DNA from: a virus
Strand: one strand, 5' to 3'
IMG/VR virus record: IMGVR_UViG_3300028800_000084
Span: 7,286-71,285 of that record
DNA: 64,000 bases
The notes beneath the pieces are model-generated. The model had not been told where the DNA came from, ran no database searches, and saw only the letters and a program-made list of their open reading frames with translations. Position numbers and translations under genes: made by a program. This document shows, piece by piece, positions 25,933 through 36,851 of this stretch. Position 1 is the stretch's first letter, and the number at the start of each line of letters is the position of its first letter.

Positions 25933-28900
25933 ATGACACAACAAATTGACCTTCGTTTTGACAGCATCAGCGCGTACAACTGCGCAAAGAAGCTTGTTGA
26001 AAAGCACGGCTTTACGCTTTCCGTTGTCGTGATCAGCGGCTTGCAATTCTATCGCCTCACAAAGCAAAGCGCCTAGACGGTCAAGGTCTAAGCGCTTATG
26101 CACCACAGAAAGCAAAATGTTCTACCACGGAGGATTGTACCATGTTCAGCTTACGAAGTCTATTCGGCAAGAAAAGTCAACCAATTGTAGACAACACGCC
26201 AGCGGCAAACCCGCACGAACGGCTGTTATCGCTGATGTCCTGGCACTATGCCCGCGCCGAACACTACCGCGCCACGTATGACGCGACGCGGGATATGCGC
26301 TCGTACAGCTATTACATGCACTCGATTATGGCGGTTGCGCGGATTAACCAGCAGCTAGCCAGCGTGCCCGCACAGCAGCAATTGAGCCTGTTCTAACCTG
26401 GATAGCTGCCCTAAGCGGAATTAGGGCAGCGGTTCCCGGTTAAAGCACACGTAAAGGATTTACCACATGTACAGTCTAAAGGATGAATACAAGCGGGCCT
26501 ATGGCATGATACGCCAGTACTATGGCGGCAAAGTATGCGAATCAACGCGGCAAGAAATCGGACAAGTTCTCTTGCGAAATTACACGCCAAAAGCGCTTAA
26601 CGCTGCCCGCAAAAGCTATTTCAATTTCATTGAGGGCTAAATGCACATCAATTACACCAGCTATTCAACGGCGCTGCTGCTCAGTATGCGCGAAAGTTAC
26701 GGCGCAGCGCTAAACAAGCTGTCCAATGTGGACAATTACGCTGTTCAGCCCAACACGCTCACATGGAAAATTCAGGCAGTGCGGCGTAACCTGAGCGCTA
26801 CTATGCGCGAATTGTTCTATCGGCTTGACGGCGAACTACTGCCATCTGGCGACTAAACCCATAGACGGCGAGTCAATGAGGATTGACTCGCTGCCTTTGT
26901 GCAAAGTTACCACGAGAGGATTTATCACCATGGTCGGCTATGACTTTGAACTATGGGCAGCGCAGCAGGAAAAGATACGCCAGCAGCAGATTAACGTTCG
27001 TGTTGCGCAGCAGGAGCTAGCCGCGCGCCGCGCTATGGGCGATACGAATCTGGAAACATTCGAAATGATGCTCCAGGGACAAGAAATGATACTCGCCCGA
27101 ATGGAATATCGGGACGCCGTATGGAATCGCGGTTACGTCATTCATTCGGACTACTGCTTTCGTCGTTACCTCACCTATAGCGCCGCTGCGCGCAAGGATT
27201 GACCGCCGTGAATACCGACTATAGCCTACTCACCGAGACTGAAATTGAGCGCTTGCAAGCGAAAGCGCAATCCAGCGCGGAATCGTTTGCGCTAGATGCT
27301 GCCTGGAAAGTAGTCCGTATGCGCGCACACGTTAAGGCGCAGCGGCGCGGTGGCCTTAACGCTGCCTCATTGGACATTCTCAAGCGTGAATTGTCCGAAC
27401 TAGAGTTTTGGGCGCGTTATCAAGCCTACCTCTACCAGTACAAACAAGCGCCGCTCTATCTCGGTGCCGCTGCCTTAACTGACGCTGCCTATAAAGCCTT
27501 TGTACAGGCAGTTACGGACTATGCCGATTGGATTGAATACGCCAATGGGCAGCCCGACTATTACAGCGCGTCGCCATCTAATACCGCGCTCATTGAATCC
27601 TACTGGCAATCGTACCTCGACACTTGCCACAATTTACACCCGTTTATGGTTTGATTGCTCCCGTGAATCGGTAACACACGTTACCGGTTTACCCGTGCAA
27701 TAAAGCCTTATATCCAGGAGTGTCTATACCATGAATAAATTTGACGCTGCCCGTAAGTTTGCCGACGAAACACGCCGCATCAAGCGCTATGAGCAGGAGC
27801 ACGGCGCGTTGTTCGTGCTGCAAGCTATGTACAGCGGTACGCGCGTGTGGAATGTGAGCGACGTGAAAATTGAAGATGACCGCTTGCAACCGTTGAACGT
27901 TGATGTTATCCGAAAGATGATTATCGCGGGATACCTCATCGAACGTTCCGACCGCATGATTGTCCTGGCACCGCGCGCCTATACCGCGCTCGGTATCCGT
28001 TACCCGCAAAAGATGACCTATCGCCGCTGGCTCTATACCTATCAACACCAGATGAGGAAGGATTAACTACCGTGGAAACTGAGAATCGCCTGGAGCATGA
28101 AATATCCCGCACGATGAACCGCATGGCCGCGTCTGAGGTGTATCATTTCGCCGCTGCGCTGGCTGTGTGCGGCTCTATCGCTTTCGCGCCTGGTTACGAG
28201 GGCGGGCCGCTGCTGCTGTGGGCGCTGGACATCCCAAAGCACACGCCGCGTAATGAGGTTGACCGTTATCAGCCGACTAATGATGCGGTTCTGCAAGCGG
28301 ATTTTGTCGGCACATTCTGCCGGTTATCCGACCGCCGCATACAAAACCTCGACATCGGGCTTTATTAGCCTATACCGCACGACGGGACCCGGCCCGGCAC
28401 CGCGCATCGAGCGCGCGGCGTGCACGTGTCCGTTTGTTCTCCCTATACCATTGGAGGATTGACCTATGTTCTACCTGCCCTTCCCGACCGTCCTGACCCG
28501 GCGCGGCGTCAGGCTGTACTACGCCGATGACCGCCGCTACTATTCTATACCGGAGTAGGAAGAAATAACCTTACGCCGCGCACTGCATGTCATGGCCGCG
28601 CCTATATACGCCGCGACTACTTCACCAGTGGCATTATTCTGGACAGCGAGATTGGCCGATGGTCATCAGGGAACGGTCAATATCATGGTCCAGGAGGGCT
28701 GGATAGAGGAAATCCGCCCTGATACGTGGTGGATTATCACGCAGCAAGGTTGCATTGACAGCGGCGAGTCTATCGCCACATTGACGACCTGAGAAAACTC
28801 CTCCGAGACGCAAGCTAAGGACTAGCGCCCGCCGACCGGCGCTCGGTCGGCACTCGCCCACGAACGGAACGAGAACGAAGGAACTAACAACTACGTGATG

Positions 28901-30164
28901 CAAATCATTACCGACCTTGACCAGCGCACGCCGAACCACAGCATCGGCCCGACCGGGCGCGTCCGATGGGACGGCTCCCTCGCCTGCGGACACACAGCCC
29001 TGGTCAAGCGCAACGTCGGGGGGATAATCGAAGGCCGTACCCGCATACCTGCTGTGAGCCGGACGGCTACGCTGAATATCTCGAAGAACAGAGGATGCCA
29101 TGACCCGCGCCTATCTTGACGCCCTGACGCGCCCGCAACTGACCGAGATGGTCATGGACATTCAGTCCGCCCGTGACGCCGACCGTGCCTATGCTCGCCG
29201 CATCGTGGCCGAACTTCGGGCGGACGTGGCGCGGCTTGAGCGCGAGAATCTGGACCTGTACCGGCGGCTGGACAAGCCAGCGACCAGGCGGCGACAGAAA
29301 GTAGTTAGCTATAGCGAGGAGGTGGATTTCGAGACGCTCAGCCCAGACGAACAAATCGCCTGGATCACCCTGCACCCGGAGCAGGTATCTGCTCACACGA
29401 CGTAACCGACCTATATCACCGAAAGGACTGAACCCGTGTACGACTTTAACAAAGCAGGCCATGAGTACGGCATGACCGATTACCCGAACAGCGAAGATGC
29501 CTGGGATCATTTCATCGCCTATACGCCGGAAGCCTATGAGGACTATCGGCAGGCGGAACCGGACGACCAGCGCCAAGCCAAAGAAGATTTCGGATGGGGC
29601 TGGCTCGAAACTTACGAGCCGCCTGCACCAGACGAGGGCTAGACCGCACTATACCGGGCCGCGCATGGTCACAACGCGGAGAAGGAACACAACCATGATA
29701 ACCTTTATCGCCCACGAGAAGAACGCACTTCGCAGAGCCGCACTTATCCACTGCCGATTCTTCTTTGTAAAATCGCGGCGGTGGATCGAAGTCCGCGACC
29801 GGCTTATCCAGTCCGTTCCGTTGCCGGAAGCGACTGGCGACGACCGCCACGAACATTGGAACGCACGCGAGGATGCGTTCTGGCGCGAAGTGGAGAGCAT
29901 TGAGGGTAAGCTATGAAGCCTGACACGACCGCCGTCTACTCGCTCACCGCCGACCGCCTTGAGCCGTGCCACATCGTGCCGGCGCCGTTCCCGTCGGTCT
30001 ACTTGACCGATGCGGGCGAGTACCTTGTCGAGTGCCAGTACCACATCTTTCGCGTGCCGTCGGAAGCGCTGGCGCTTTCCGTGTGCCGCGCCTACGCCCG
30101 TGGCAACGAGGAGGCGTATGCTGCCTACGTCGTGCGCTTCGGCGTGGTCGAGCCGGAGGAATAA
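25933..30164 (+). other. Cluster of small hypothetical early genes (e.g. 25933..26076, 26142..26396, 26467..26640, 26641..26856, 27199..27654, 27731..28066, 28072..28368, 29100..29405, 29436..29642, 29913..30164)
   Basis: Short co-oriented ORFs, many with GGA..ACC-ATG type SDs, separated by long hairpins and ending at the terminator at 30182. Confidence 0.7.
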
Positions 30165-30181
30165 CCAACCATCCTATATAC

Positions 30182-30227
30182 AACGAGCCGCCGTGATCCT
30201 GCTATGGGATCACGGCGGCTCGTTTTT
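30182..30227 (+). terminator. Strong intrinsic terminator
   Basis: AACGAGCCGCCGTGATCC-loop-GGATCACGGCGGCTCGTT followed by TTT. Confidence 0.9.
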
Positions 30228-30317
30228 GATTCCACGTACCAGTGAGGTATACTCTCTGGCATCGTTTTCGGTCGGCGCTAGAACGTCGGCCCGTTTCGCT
30301 CACTAGGAGGTATCCCT

Positions 30318-31100
30318 ATGAGCAGTCGATCAATCGTACCCCAGAACCAACCAGCAGACAACCTTTCCATCGTCGTTTATCGACCAGACGGATCGGACAT
30401 CGGCATACCATTTCGCGCTGACTTGGACGAAAAACGCATGTGGGGATCACAGCGTCAGATAGCTGATACCTTGCGCGTTACTGTTCAGGCTGTCGGGCAA
30501 CAGGTCAAAAACTTCAGGGAACAGCGCGGCGACAAGGCGGAACGAAGTATAAAGAAGTTCCTTATACTTGCCGAGGATGGCAAAACGCGCGAAATCGAAC
30601 ACTACGATATGACGCTCATTGCCTATATCGGCTTCCGGTCACAGGCTACCGAAAGCGTAATCGCTTTTCAGGAATGGGTCGGTGAAGTTCTAGACAAAGC
30701 GATAGCCCCTAAGCCGATGACACAATCCGAACTCATCCTCGCTCAAGCGCAGTTCGCCGTTGAAATTGAACGGCGCGTGGCAGCACTGGAATCGGAACGA
30801 GCCGCTATACCGGCTCTCGCCAATGAAATCCAGGACATCAAGGATAAGCTGGTAGACGCTGACTATATGACCATCCGGCAGTATTGCCAGCAGCAGGGGC
30901 TACGGGTCACAGATACCGTCAAGAAAGCCTGGGGTCGGGACGCCGCCGCGCTCAGTCGGTCACAGGGCGTGCAAATTCTCCGCTTCATCGAGGGCCGCGA
31001 TAACGTCGGGCGCTACCATATCGGTATCCTGACCGCCGTCTGTGTCGCCAAGCTGAAGATCAACCCGAAGCAGTTAGGCTTGATTGGAGACGGTTCCTAG
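30318..31100 (+). CDS. Antirepressor-like protein (RhuM-like N-domain plus C-domain shared with 56065..56823)
   Basis: WGSQRQIA...AEDGKTREIEHYD...IGFRS...FQEW; C-terminal half aligns with the Bro protein at 56065. Confidence 0.75.
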   Translation: MSSRSIVPQNQPADNLSIVVYRPDGSDIGIPFRADLDEKRMWGSQRQIADTLRVTVQAVGQQVKNFREQRGDKAERSIKKFLILAEDGKTREIEHYDMTLIAYIGFRSQATESVIAFQEWVGEVLDKAIAPKPMTQSELILAQAQFAVEIERRVAALESERAAIPALANEIQDIKDKLVDADYMTIRQYCQQQGLRVTDTVKKAWGRDAAALSRSQGVQILRFIEGRDNVGRYHIGILTAVCVAKLKINPKQLGLIGDGS

Positions 31101-31448
31101 CCCTACAAACGGCTAACGAGCCGTCCCACTACCGCATCGCGCCGCCTATGCCCCTGTTTGCCCCTAAAAAGCGTGCTGGCGCTTGATGAGGCCGATGCCC
31201 AGGAAGATACCAGCGACCGCCGCCAGCACCGCTGTCACGATGTCGATGTCCTTGAAGGACAGGGCAATCAGCGGTTGCAGTGCGAACACCAGCAAGAACA
31301 AACACAGCACAATCCAGCCCCAGAATGTAAAGTTCACGATTTCAGCCTCCCCGTAAAAACAGCCACGCAACGAACCCCGCCGCAATCCAGAACGCACAGA
31401 ACAGCACGAACGCGCACGCGAGGTTCTCCGAGCGGCGGCGCGGCGCGG

Positions 31449-32312
31449 TCACGGCTTGTCGCTCGGTGCAGCGGCGTCACGGTCATCCTTCTTGTTGGCG
31501 TCATTAGCGGCGTCCGTTTGCGGCGTGTCGCCACCGGCGGCGTCCTGAGCCAGCGCGTTCAAGACACGGCTAAGTTGCTGGTTGGAAAGCTTCAACTGCC
31601 CATTGGCCGTATCGAGCGACTTCTCCACGCGCTCGGTCAGTTCGCGCAAGTCTTTGTACTGGTCGGGGACGGGCAGCACGGTATTACGGATGGTGACAAT
31701 CAGTTCTTCCAGCAAGCCCTGAATAACGACAACGCTCTCTTTCGTCTCCGATAAACTTTTTTCCAATTGAGCGTTAATGCTGTTTCCCATCTCATCCACC
31801 TTCCCCGCCACCGCCTCTATCATGGCCTCTTTCGCCTGCACCACTCCTTGCAGGACGGTTTGACTGGTCACGGCCAGCGCCGCCTGAAAGCCCACCACAG
31901 CGGTCGTCTGGTCCTGAATGCTCGTGCGCCACGCCGCCGCCTCTTTGTCGTGCGAGGCCAGTCGGTCAGCCTCGATGCCGTGTCCAATCTTCTGCTCGGT
32001 AGTCGAGGCGTCGATGGCTTTGGCGACGTTCTTCTGTTCTTCAATCTCCGTGGCGAACATCGTCAGCAGTTTTTCGATGAGGGCCGCCTGCGTCTTGCGT
32101 TCTTCCGTGGCCGCTGCCGCTTCCGCCGCTGCCAGCGCGTCGCGGTTGTCCTGTTCTTTTGTTTGGGCGTCGGTCTTTTTTTCGTTGAGAGTGTCCTGTG
32201 ACTTGCGGTGTTCGCGGCGCGTCCCGACAAATTGAAGCAGCAGCGCCGTCGGGCCGGTTGCCGACGATAGGAAAACCATCACCGCGAGTAGAACAATAAT
32301 CCAGGTTGGCAT
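31449..32312 (-). CDS. Membrane-anchored coiled-coil protein
   Basis: N-terminal hydrophobic segment followed by a long heptad-rich region. Confidence 0.6.
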   Translation of the reverse strand: MPTWIIVLLAVMVFLSSATGPTALLLQFVGTRREHRKSQDTLNEKKTDAQTKEQDNRDALAAAEAAAATEERKTQAALIEKLLTMFATEIEEQKNVAKAIDASTTEQKIGHGIEADRLASHDKEAAAWRTSIQDQTTAVVGFQAALAVTSQTVLQGVVQAKEAMIEAVAGKVDEMGNSINAQLEKSLSETKESVVVIQGLLEELIVTIRNTVLPVPDQYKDLRELTERVEKSLDTANGQLKLSNQQLSRVLNALAQDAAGGDTPQTDAANDANKKDDRDAAAPSDKP

Positions 32313-32912
32313 AGCCTCTAGTCTAACCGAACTGCCGTTCTACGTCAATCATGGTCGCTCACGTTGCCCTGCCACGACGGGTTCACGCCGTGGTCGGTCG
32401 CTTGCATGGCGCGGAACGCCACGAAGAACGTGGGCAGCGCTGCCAGCAGGTCGCGGGCGCTCGTTGACCAGATAACGCCGTCGTTGTCATATTGAATTTT
32501 CGCCGCCCGGTACAGCGCCTCAAGCGCGGGCAGGTTGAACGGCGGTTGGTCGTCGGGGTTAGTCGGCATCGTTCATGGCCTCCTGTTCGGCGCGTGGGTT
32601 GCCCCTCAGTGGACACCAGTCAGGGCGTTCGTCGCTGCTGTCGCTAATGAACCGCCCTTCGTCGGGGCGGAAGCGGCTGCTGCTGTCTAGCTGCGACGGG
32701 TGCTGGCAGAAGCGCTGGTAAACCGGGTGCAGCCCCGACTTCCACAACGTCTGTCGCCAGTACTTGCACGGGTAGCAGTGTTCAGCGGTGAATGTGTGTT
32801 TACTTGGCATGTTTCGCCCGCTTCCAGCGCCACTCGCGCCAGCGGTCTTGCGCGGTGACAACGATAATCACAAGCGCCGCGCAGACGAGAACGCCCGCGC
32901 ACAGATTGACCA

Positions 32913-33281
32913 TCACGACTGCACCTCCGCCATCTTCACGCCGAGCGCCCGACAGACCTGCTCAATCACGGCGATAGGGTCACTATGGAGCATATTGCTG
33001 GTGTAGTGTAGCACGCGCCAACCGTGCAGCACCGCATAATTTCCCTTGAAGGCGTCTCCTTCAAACCCGTAGCCCCGAACATGCCTCCCCTTGGACAGCG
33101 TGCCGCCGTCAAGTTCGACCATCAGCTTTTCAGTCTTCCATGCGAAGTCAGCAATCCATTCGCGGGCCGGTAGCGCAAACTGATATTCGCGCTCGTAGGG
33201 CGGCGCGTCGGGCGGCGCGAATATATCCCACCACGCCATGAATGCCGCTTCCAGTTCGGAAGGCTCTCGTTTTTTTCTCAT
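32913..33281 (-). CDS. PD-(D/E)XK endonuclease (DUF559/Vsr-like)
   Basis: EREYQF...W.ADFAW...VELDGG...H...D..K.N.A...GWRVLHYT. Confidence 0.8.
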   Translation of the reverse strand: MRKKREPSELEAAFMAWWDIFAPPDAPPYEREYQFALPAREWIADFAWKTEKLMVELDGGTLSKGRHVRGYGFEGDAFKGNYAVLHGWRVLHYTSNMLHSDPIAVIEQVCRALGVKMAEVQS

Positions 33282-34073
33282 CGCTCCACTCCCCACACGT
33301 CGGCCATGATTTCGAGCGCGTCGTACATCTGCGCGCCCCGTTCCACCGAGCCGAACCGCGACAGGCTCAGCCGCCCGGCGATGGCAATGATGTCCGCAAG
33401 GCGCGTGCGCGGGGACACGACCAGCCAGCGCACGCGCAGCGCCCACCAGAACAGCGTCTCTATCACGGCTTATACTCTCCGCATATCAATCTAAGAACGG
33501 TGTCATAGAAGCGGTCGATACGCTCCGGGTCGTAGTCTAGCATGTCGGCTACGTGCGGATTGACAACTGGAACCACTTTTTTCAAAAGGGATTGCGCCAT
33601 CTCAAGATACCACTTATCTTGCCGTTGTGCATAGTAAGCTTCAATGCCGCTCACGTAATACCCCACCGTGAACATTCCGTCGTCCGGCATTCCTATCATT
33701 GCCGTGAAATCATCTACCAATCGCGTGGCGGTGTCCTCGGCAATCTGGAAATCTCGTCGGCGCGTCCATTTTCCGGTATAGGCCAGAAAATCCCGCGCCA
33801 CCTGACGAAATAAAAATTCTTTAAAGCGCGTCCAATGCGACCGTTCAGAATCCGAGAACATATATCGACAATGCAACTCCTCACCCTCGTAGTTAACCGT
33901 AAACTCGAAATACGATCCCCATTCGCCCTGATCACTCTCAACTCGAACGTCTGGTGCATCGACCATGTAGAGTTTGAAGTCGTCGGTATAGTCGGTTCGG
34001 CTCAAGTCGCCTGCTTCGTTTTCTTCCCTATCGTCATTGGGAAGTGAGTTAAAAAAGTCCTTAAAGGCATCGC

Positions 34074-34772
34074 TCACGGTGTCACCGCCTTCAGGTAAAT
34101 CACGCCGCTGCCCGTTTGCCCTTCCTTGAGTTGGTTCAGCACTTCCACGCTCACCCGCAGCGTGACGTAACACAGTCCGTCGTTGTTGGCCGTCTCGCAA
34201 ACGGTGAACGCGCCAAGCTTAACGCAGGTGTCATCGCCGTAGCCGTCGGTGATGTGCTGGCGCTGCCGGAGTGCCCGTTCGGTTTCCTCCTGGTTGATAG
34301 CGGCATCGGTGGCCGTCATGGTTCCGTTGCCGATGTCCACGTAACCCTTTGTGGCCTGCTTCTGCTCGTCCACCTTCGCCGCCGACCTGATATAGCCGCT
34401 GGTCAGCTTGCCGCCCGACGCCGATTGCGCCGCCAGCAGCACCGGCAAGCGCCGCTCTGGTTCCACCTTCAGTAGTTCGCGGGCCACCCGTTCGGAAGGT
34501 AAATGTATACCAGTGGTAGAGATTTCGTCCACGAGGTCGGCGGCGTCCATGAGTTGATAAGCCCGCTTGTCGTGGAAGTGCCAGCGCTGTACACAGTACT
34601 GCTCAAACGTGCCGCACTTGCGGTACAGGCCGCGCTCGTTGATCTCCCGCAAGCCGCGCCACATCTCTAGCATCCCGTCGGCAATACGCGCCTCACACGC
34701 CACAAGCGCCGCCTCGTCCTCTAGCGTCCACGTGTTCAATTCGCCCGTAGAAGGCGCTTGTTCGATGTCCAT
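34074..34772 (-). CDS. Conserved phage DNA-binding protein
   Basis: GLREINERGLYR..GTFEQYC..RW...RAYQLM.AA and ERVAREL motifs of a common phage family. Confidence 0.5.
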   Translation of the reverse strand: MDIEQAPSTGELNTWTLEDEAALVACEARIADGMLEMWRGLREINERGLYRKCGTFEQYCVQRWHFHDKRAYQLMDAADLVDEISTTGIHLPSERVARELLKVEPERRLPVLLAAQSASGGKLTSGYIRSAAKVDEQKQATKGYVDIGNGTMTATDAAINQEETERALRQRQHITDGYGDDTCVKLGAFTVCETANNDGLCYVTLRVSVEVLNQLKEGQTGSGVIYLKAVTP

Positions 34773-34776
34773 ACCT

Positions 34777-35232
34777 TTACCTCGCTTTCGTTGAAATTGA
34801 AACGTTTTGCGTGCCGTGAATAATGCGCTCTAGCCGCCGCGCCTTGTACTGCCGACTGCCGTAGCGGTTGGAGCAGTACCGCGAACAGAAGCGCCGCCGC
34901 CGTCCGCCGTGGAAGCGTTCGGGGAGCGGCTTGCCGCACTCGTCACAGGTGCCGCGCTCCCGCAGGTGGCGCAGCGCCGACTGCCACAGCCACGCCCGCC
35001 GCGAGCAGGCTTTCGAGCAATATTTCCGCCGATGACCGTGGATGGGCGTGTACTCGAACCACTGACCGCACGGCGCGCAGAACTTGCGCACGGCAGCCGC
35101 GACCGTCCGGCGTTCCCGCTGGCCCTGGCGAACCATCGCCTTCAGACAGCGCAGGGAACAATATTTCGTCTCGCGGTGATAGCGCTCCGAGTAGCGCACG
35201 GGCCGGACGTGGCAGAACGCGCACAGGGTCAC
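34777..35232 (-). CDS. Zinc-finger repeat protein
   Basis: Three CxxC...(K/R)(Y/F)CSxxC units. Confidence 0.7.
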   Translation of the reverse strand: MTLCAFCHVRPVRYSERYHRETKYCSLRCLKAMVRQGQRERRTVAAAVRKFCAPCGQWFEYTPIHGHRRKYCSKACSRRAWLWQSALRHLRERGTCDECGKPLPERFHGGRRRRFCSRYCSNRYGSRQYKARRLERIIHGTQNVSISTKAR

Positions 35233-36263
35233 GGCGTCACCTGATGAAGCACGCGCTTATTCCGCTTCCAACGCCGCCCGTATCGACTCCGCAAAAGCCC
35301 GTACCAGAGGAACACATACCGAATCGCCAATCGCTTCAATACGATCCTTCCAGTGATATGTGTCATCAGTAAAGCGCGCAGGCTCGTAAGGATGGGGTCG
35401 CTCCCCAAGCGGTGCAGCCCAGTATTGCTCACGCGCAAGTCGCTCCAATTGACCGGAAAGCCCATCAAAGCACTTTCGGCCCACGTCGGATTTTCGCGCC
35501 GGGAGGATTTGTTCGCCACCAGATCGTTCGGAAGTGAACGTTGATGCTGCCAACTGCGGGCCGTCTGCCCCTTGTAATCCCGTGCGTTCGGCGTAGCGTA
35601 GCGAATTTGCGTAGGCAACGCGGGTGATTTCCGGCGAAGTTCCGCCTTGTCGCCGCCAATCGTCCGCTTGTAATCGGTAGCGCGAGGTGTCGCCCAGGGC
35701 GACACCTGAAGACGCATGAAGCTCTGCTGACCGTTCGCCGCCCGATAACGCGGCATCCCCAGACTGGTGAATACCACTCTGGATGGGGACGGCAGGCGGC
35801 AACTGCCGTCCCCATCGGAACTGGTCGGCGTCGGGTATTTCCCCATCTGCATCGGAAGCAACGGACGGCCCGCGTTGTTCGTACTGTTGACCCCCTGCCG
35901 TGCATGAGTAGCTATCGGTGTGAGCCACGCACCACCACCGTTTACGCTCATGGGGAGCGCCGACGGCGGAAGCTGGTACAACGCCCCATGAACAGTCGTA
36001 CCCCAACGCGGTAAGGTCAGCAACGACTCCGACGGCGGGAGCGGCAGCAACGATCCGTCCTCCGTCTCGAATAGGGGCGCAGATTTCGTCGGCGTTTTCC
36101 AGGAACACGATTCGGGGTCGAAGTTCGCCAATAACACGGGCGAACTGGTGCCAGAGCCAGCGCGGATCGGCTGTACCGCGTCGCTTTCCGGCTCCGCTGA
36201 CGGGCGTGCAAGGCCATCCTCCGGCCATAACCGTAACTGATTTGAGATTGTGTCGTCCGACAT
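35229..36263 (-). CDS. C5 DNA methyltransferase second chain (TRD-like repeats plus motif IX), in an alternative frame
   Basis: Four (W/Y)xTP repeats and NPTWAESALMGFPVNWS. Own SD GAGG upstream of ATG at 36263. Confidence 0.7.
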   Translation of the reverse strand: MSDDTISNQLRLWPEDGLARPSAEPESDAVQPIRAGSGTSSPVLLANFDPESCSWKTPTKSAPLFETEDGSLLPLPPSESLLTLPRWGTTVHGALYQLPPSALPMSVNGGGAWLTPIATHARQGVNSTNNAGRPLLPMQMGKYPTPTSSDGDGSCRLPSPSRVVFTSLGMPRYRAANGQQSFMRLQVSPWATPRATDYKRTIGGDKAELRRKSPALPTQIRYATPNARDYKGQTARSWQHQRSLPNDLVANKSSRRENPTWAESALMGFPVNWSDLRVSNTGLHRLGSDPILTSLRALLMTHITGRIVLKRLAIRYVFLWYGLLRSRYGRRWKRNKRVLHQVTP

Positions 36264-36429
36264 CGTTTATGTCCTCAAATATGTCGCTGCGTGGGTTGCG
36301 CAACGCGATCACGTCCCGGCGAAAAGGATTAATTTCAACATGCCAGCGGGGGGTAAAGCCCGCTTGACGAAAAGCCAAACCGATTCCATCCTGACCTGCG
36401 AAAGGTAAGCCAACCGTGTACGCGCTCAC
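35257..36429 (-). CDS. C5 cytosine DNA methyltransferase catalytic chain
   Basis: PFAGQDG (I), GGWPC (IV), LENA (VI), PHERKRWW (VIII), RIEAIGDSV (X). Confidence 0.88.
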   Translation of the reverse strand: MSAYTVGLPFAGQDGIGLAFRQAGFTPRWHVEINPFRRDVIALRNPRSDIFEDINDVGRHNLKSVTVMAGGWPCTPVSGAGKRRGTADPRWLWHQFARVIGELRPRIVFLENADEICAPIRDGGRIVAAAPAVGVVADLTALGYDCSWGVVPASAVGAPHERKRWWCVAHTDSYSCTAGGQQYEQRGPSVASDADGEIPDADQFRWGRQLPPAVPIQSGIHQSGDAALSGGERSAELHASSGVALGDTSRYRLQADDWRRQGGTSPEITRVAYANSLRYAERTGLQGADGPQLAASTFTSERSGGEQILPARKSDVGRKCFDGLSGQLERLAREQYWAAPLGERPHPYEPARFTDDTYHWKDRIEAIGDSVCVPLVRAFAESIRAALEAE

Positions 36430-36707
36430 GCCCGCCGCTCCTTCCGCGCCGCGCCGGACAGCGCGTCGTCGTCGGGCAGCAGCGCCACGATAATCCGCCA
36501 GCGAACGAGCGTGCCGGGCTGTGAGCGGTTGTTCTCCAATTGGCTCACGTCGGCAAAGGTCACGCCAGCGCGGGCGGCGAGTTCCTTCTGCGTCATACCG
36601 AGCGCCCGCCGCACGTCACGAACGGTCGAACCGACGGTCACAGCGCACGGGTCGGGCGGCAGCAGGGCGAAGTCGGGCGGCGTATAGTCGTCGGGTAGCA
36701 GGGTCAC
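36426..36707 (-). CDS. XRE-family HTH protein
   Basis: VRDVRRALGMTQKELAARAGVTFADVSQLENNRSQP. Confidence 0.85.
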   Translation of the reverse strand: MTLLPDDYTPPDFALLPPDPCAVTVGSTVRDVRRALGMTQKELAARAGVTFADVSQLENNRSQPGTLVRWRIIVALLPDDDALSGAARKERRA

Positions 36708-36851
36708 TTTGCCGCCTCGCTTTCGTCCCAATCGGGCGGTTCGGGCAGCGCCTCCCAGACGCCCGGTGGCGTTTCCACAACGGCGGTAATCGTGGCGTGC
36801 AGGTCGTCAAGTAACTCCTGCGTATAGAGCGGGTCGTTATCTCCGAACAAG

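Noticed and set aside
23940-28400. Apparent compositional shift (more CTA/TAG, lower GC) as a restriction-site-depleted first-injected region
   Set aside because: Only an impression by eye; needs k-mer counts before it can be claimed.
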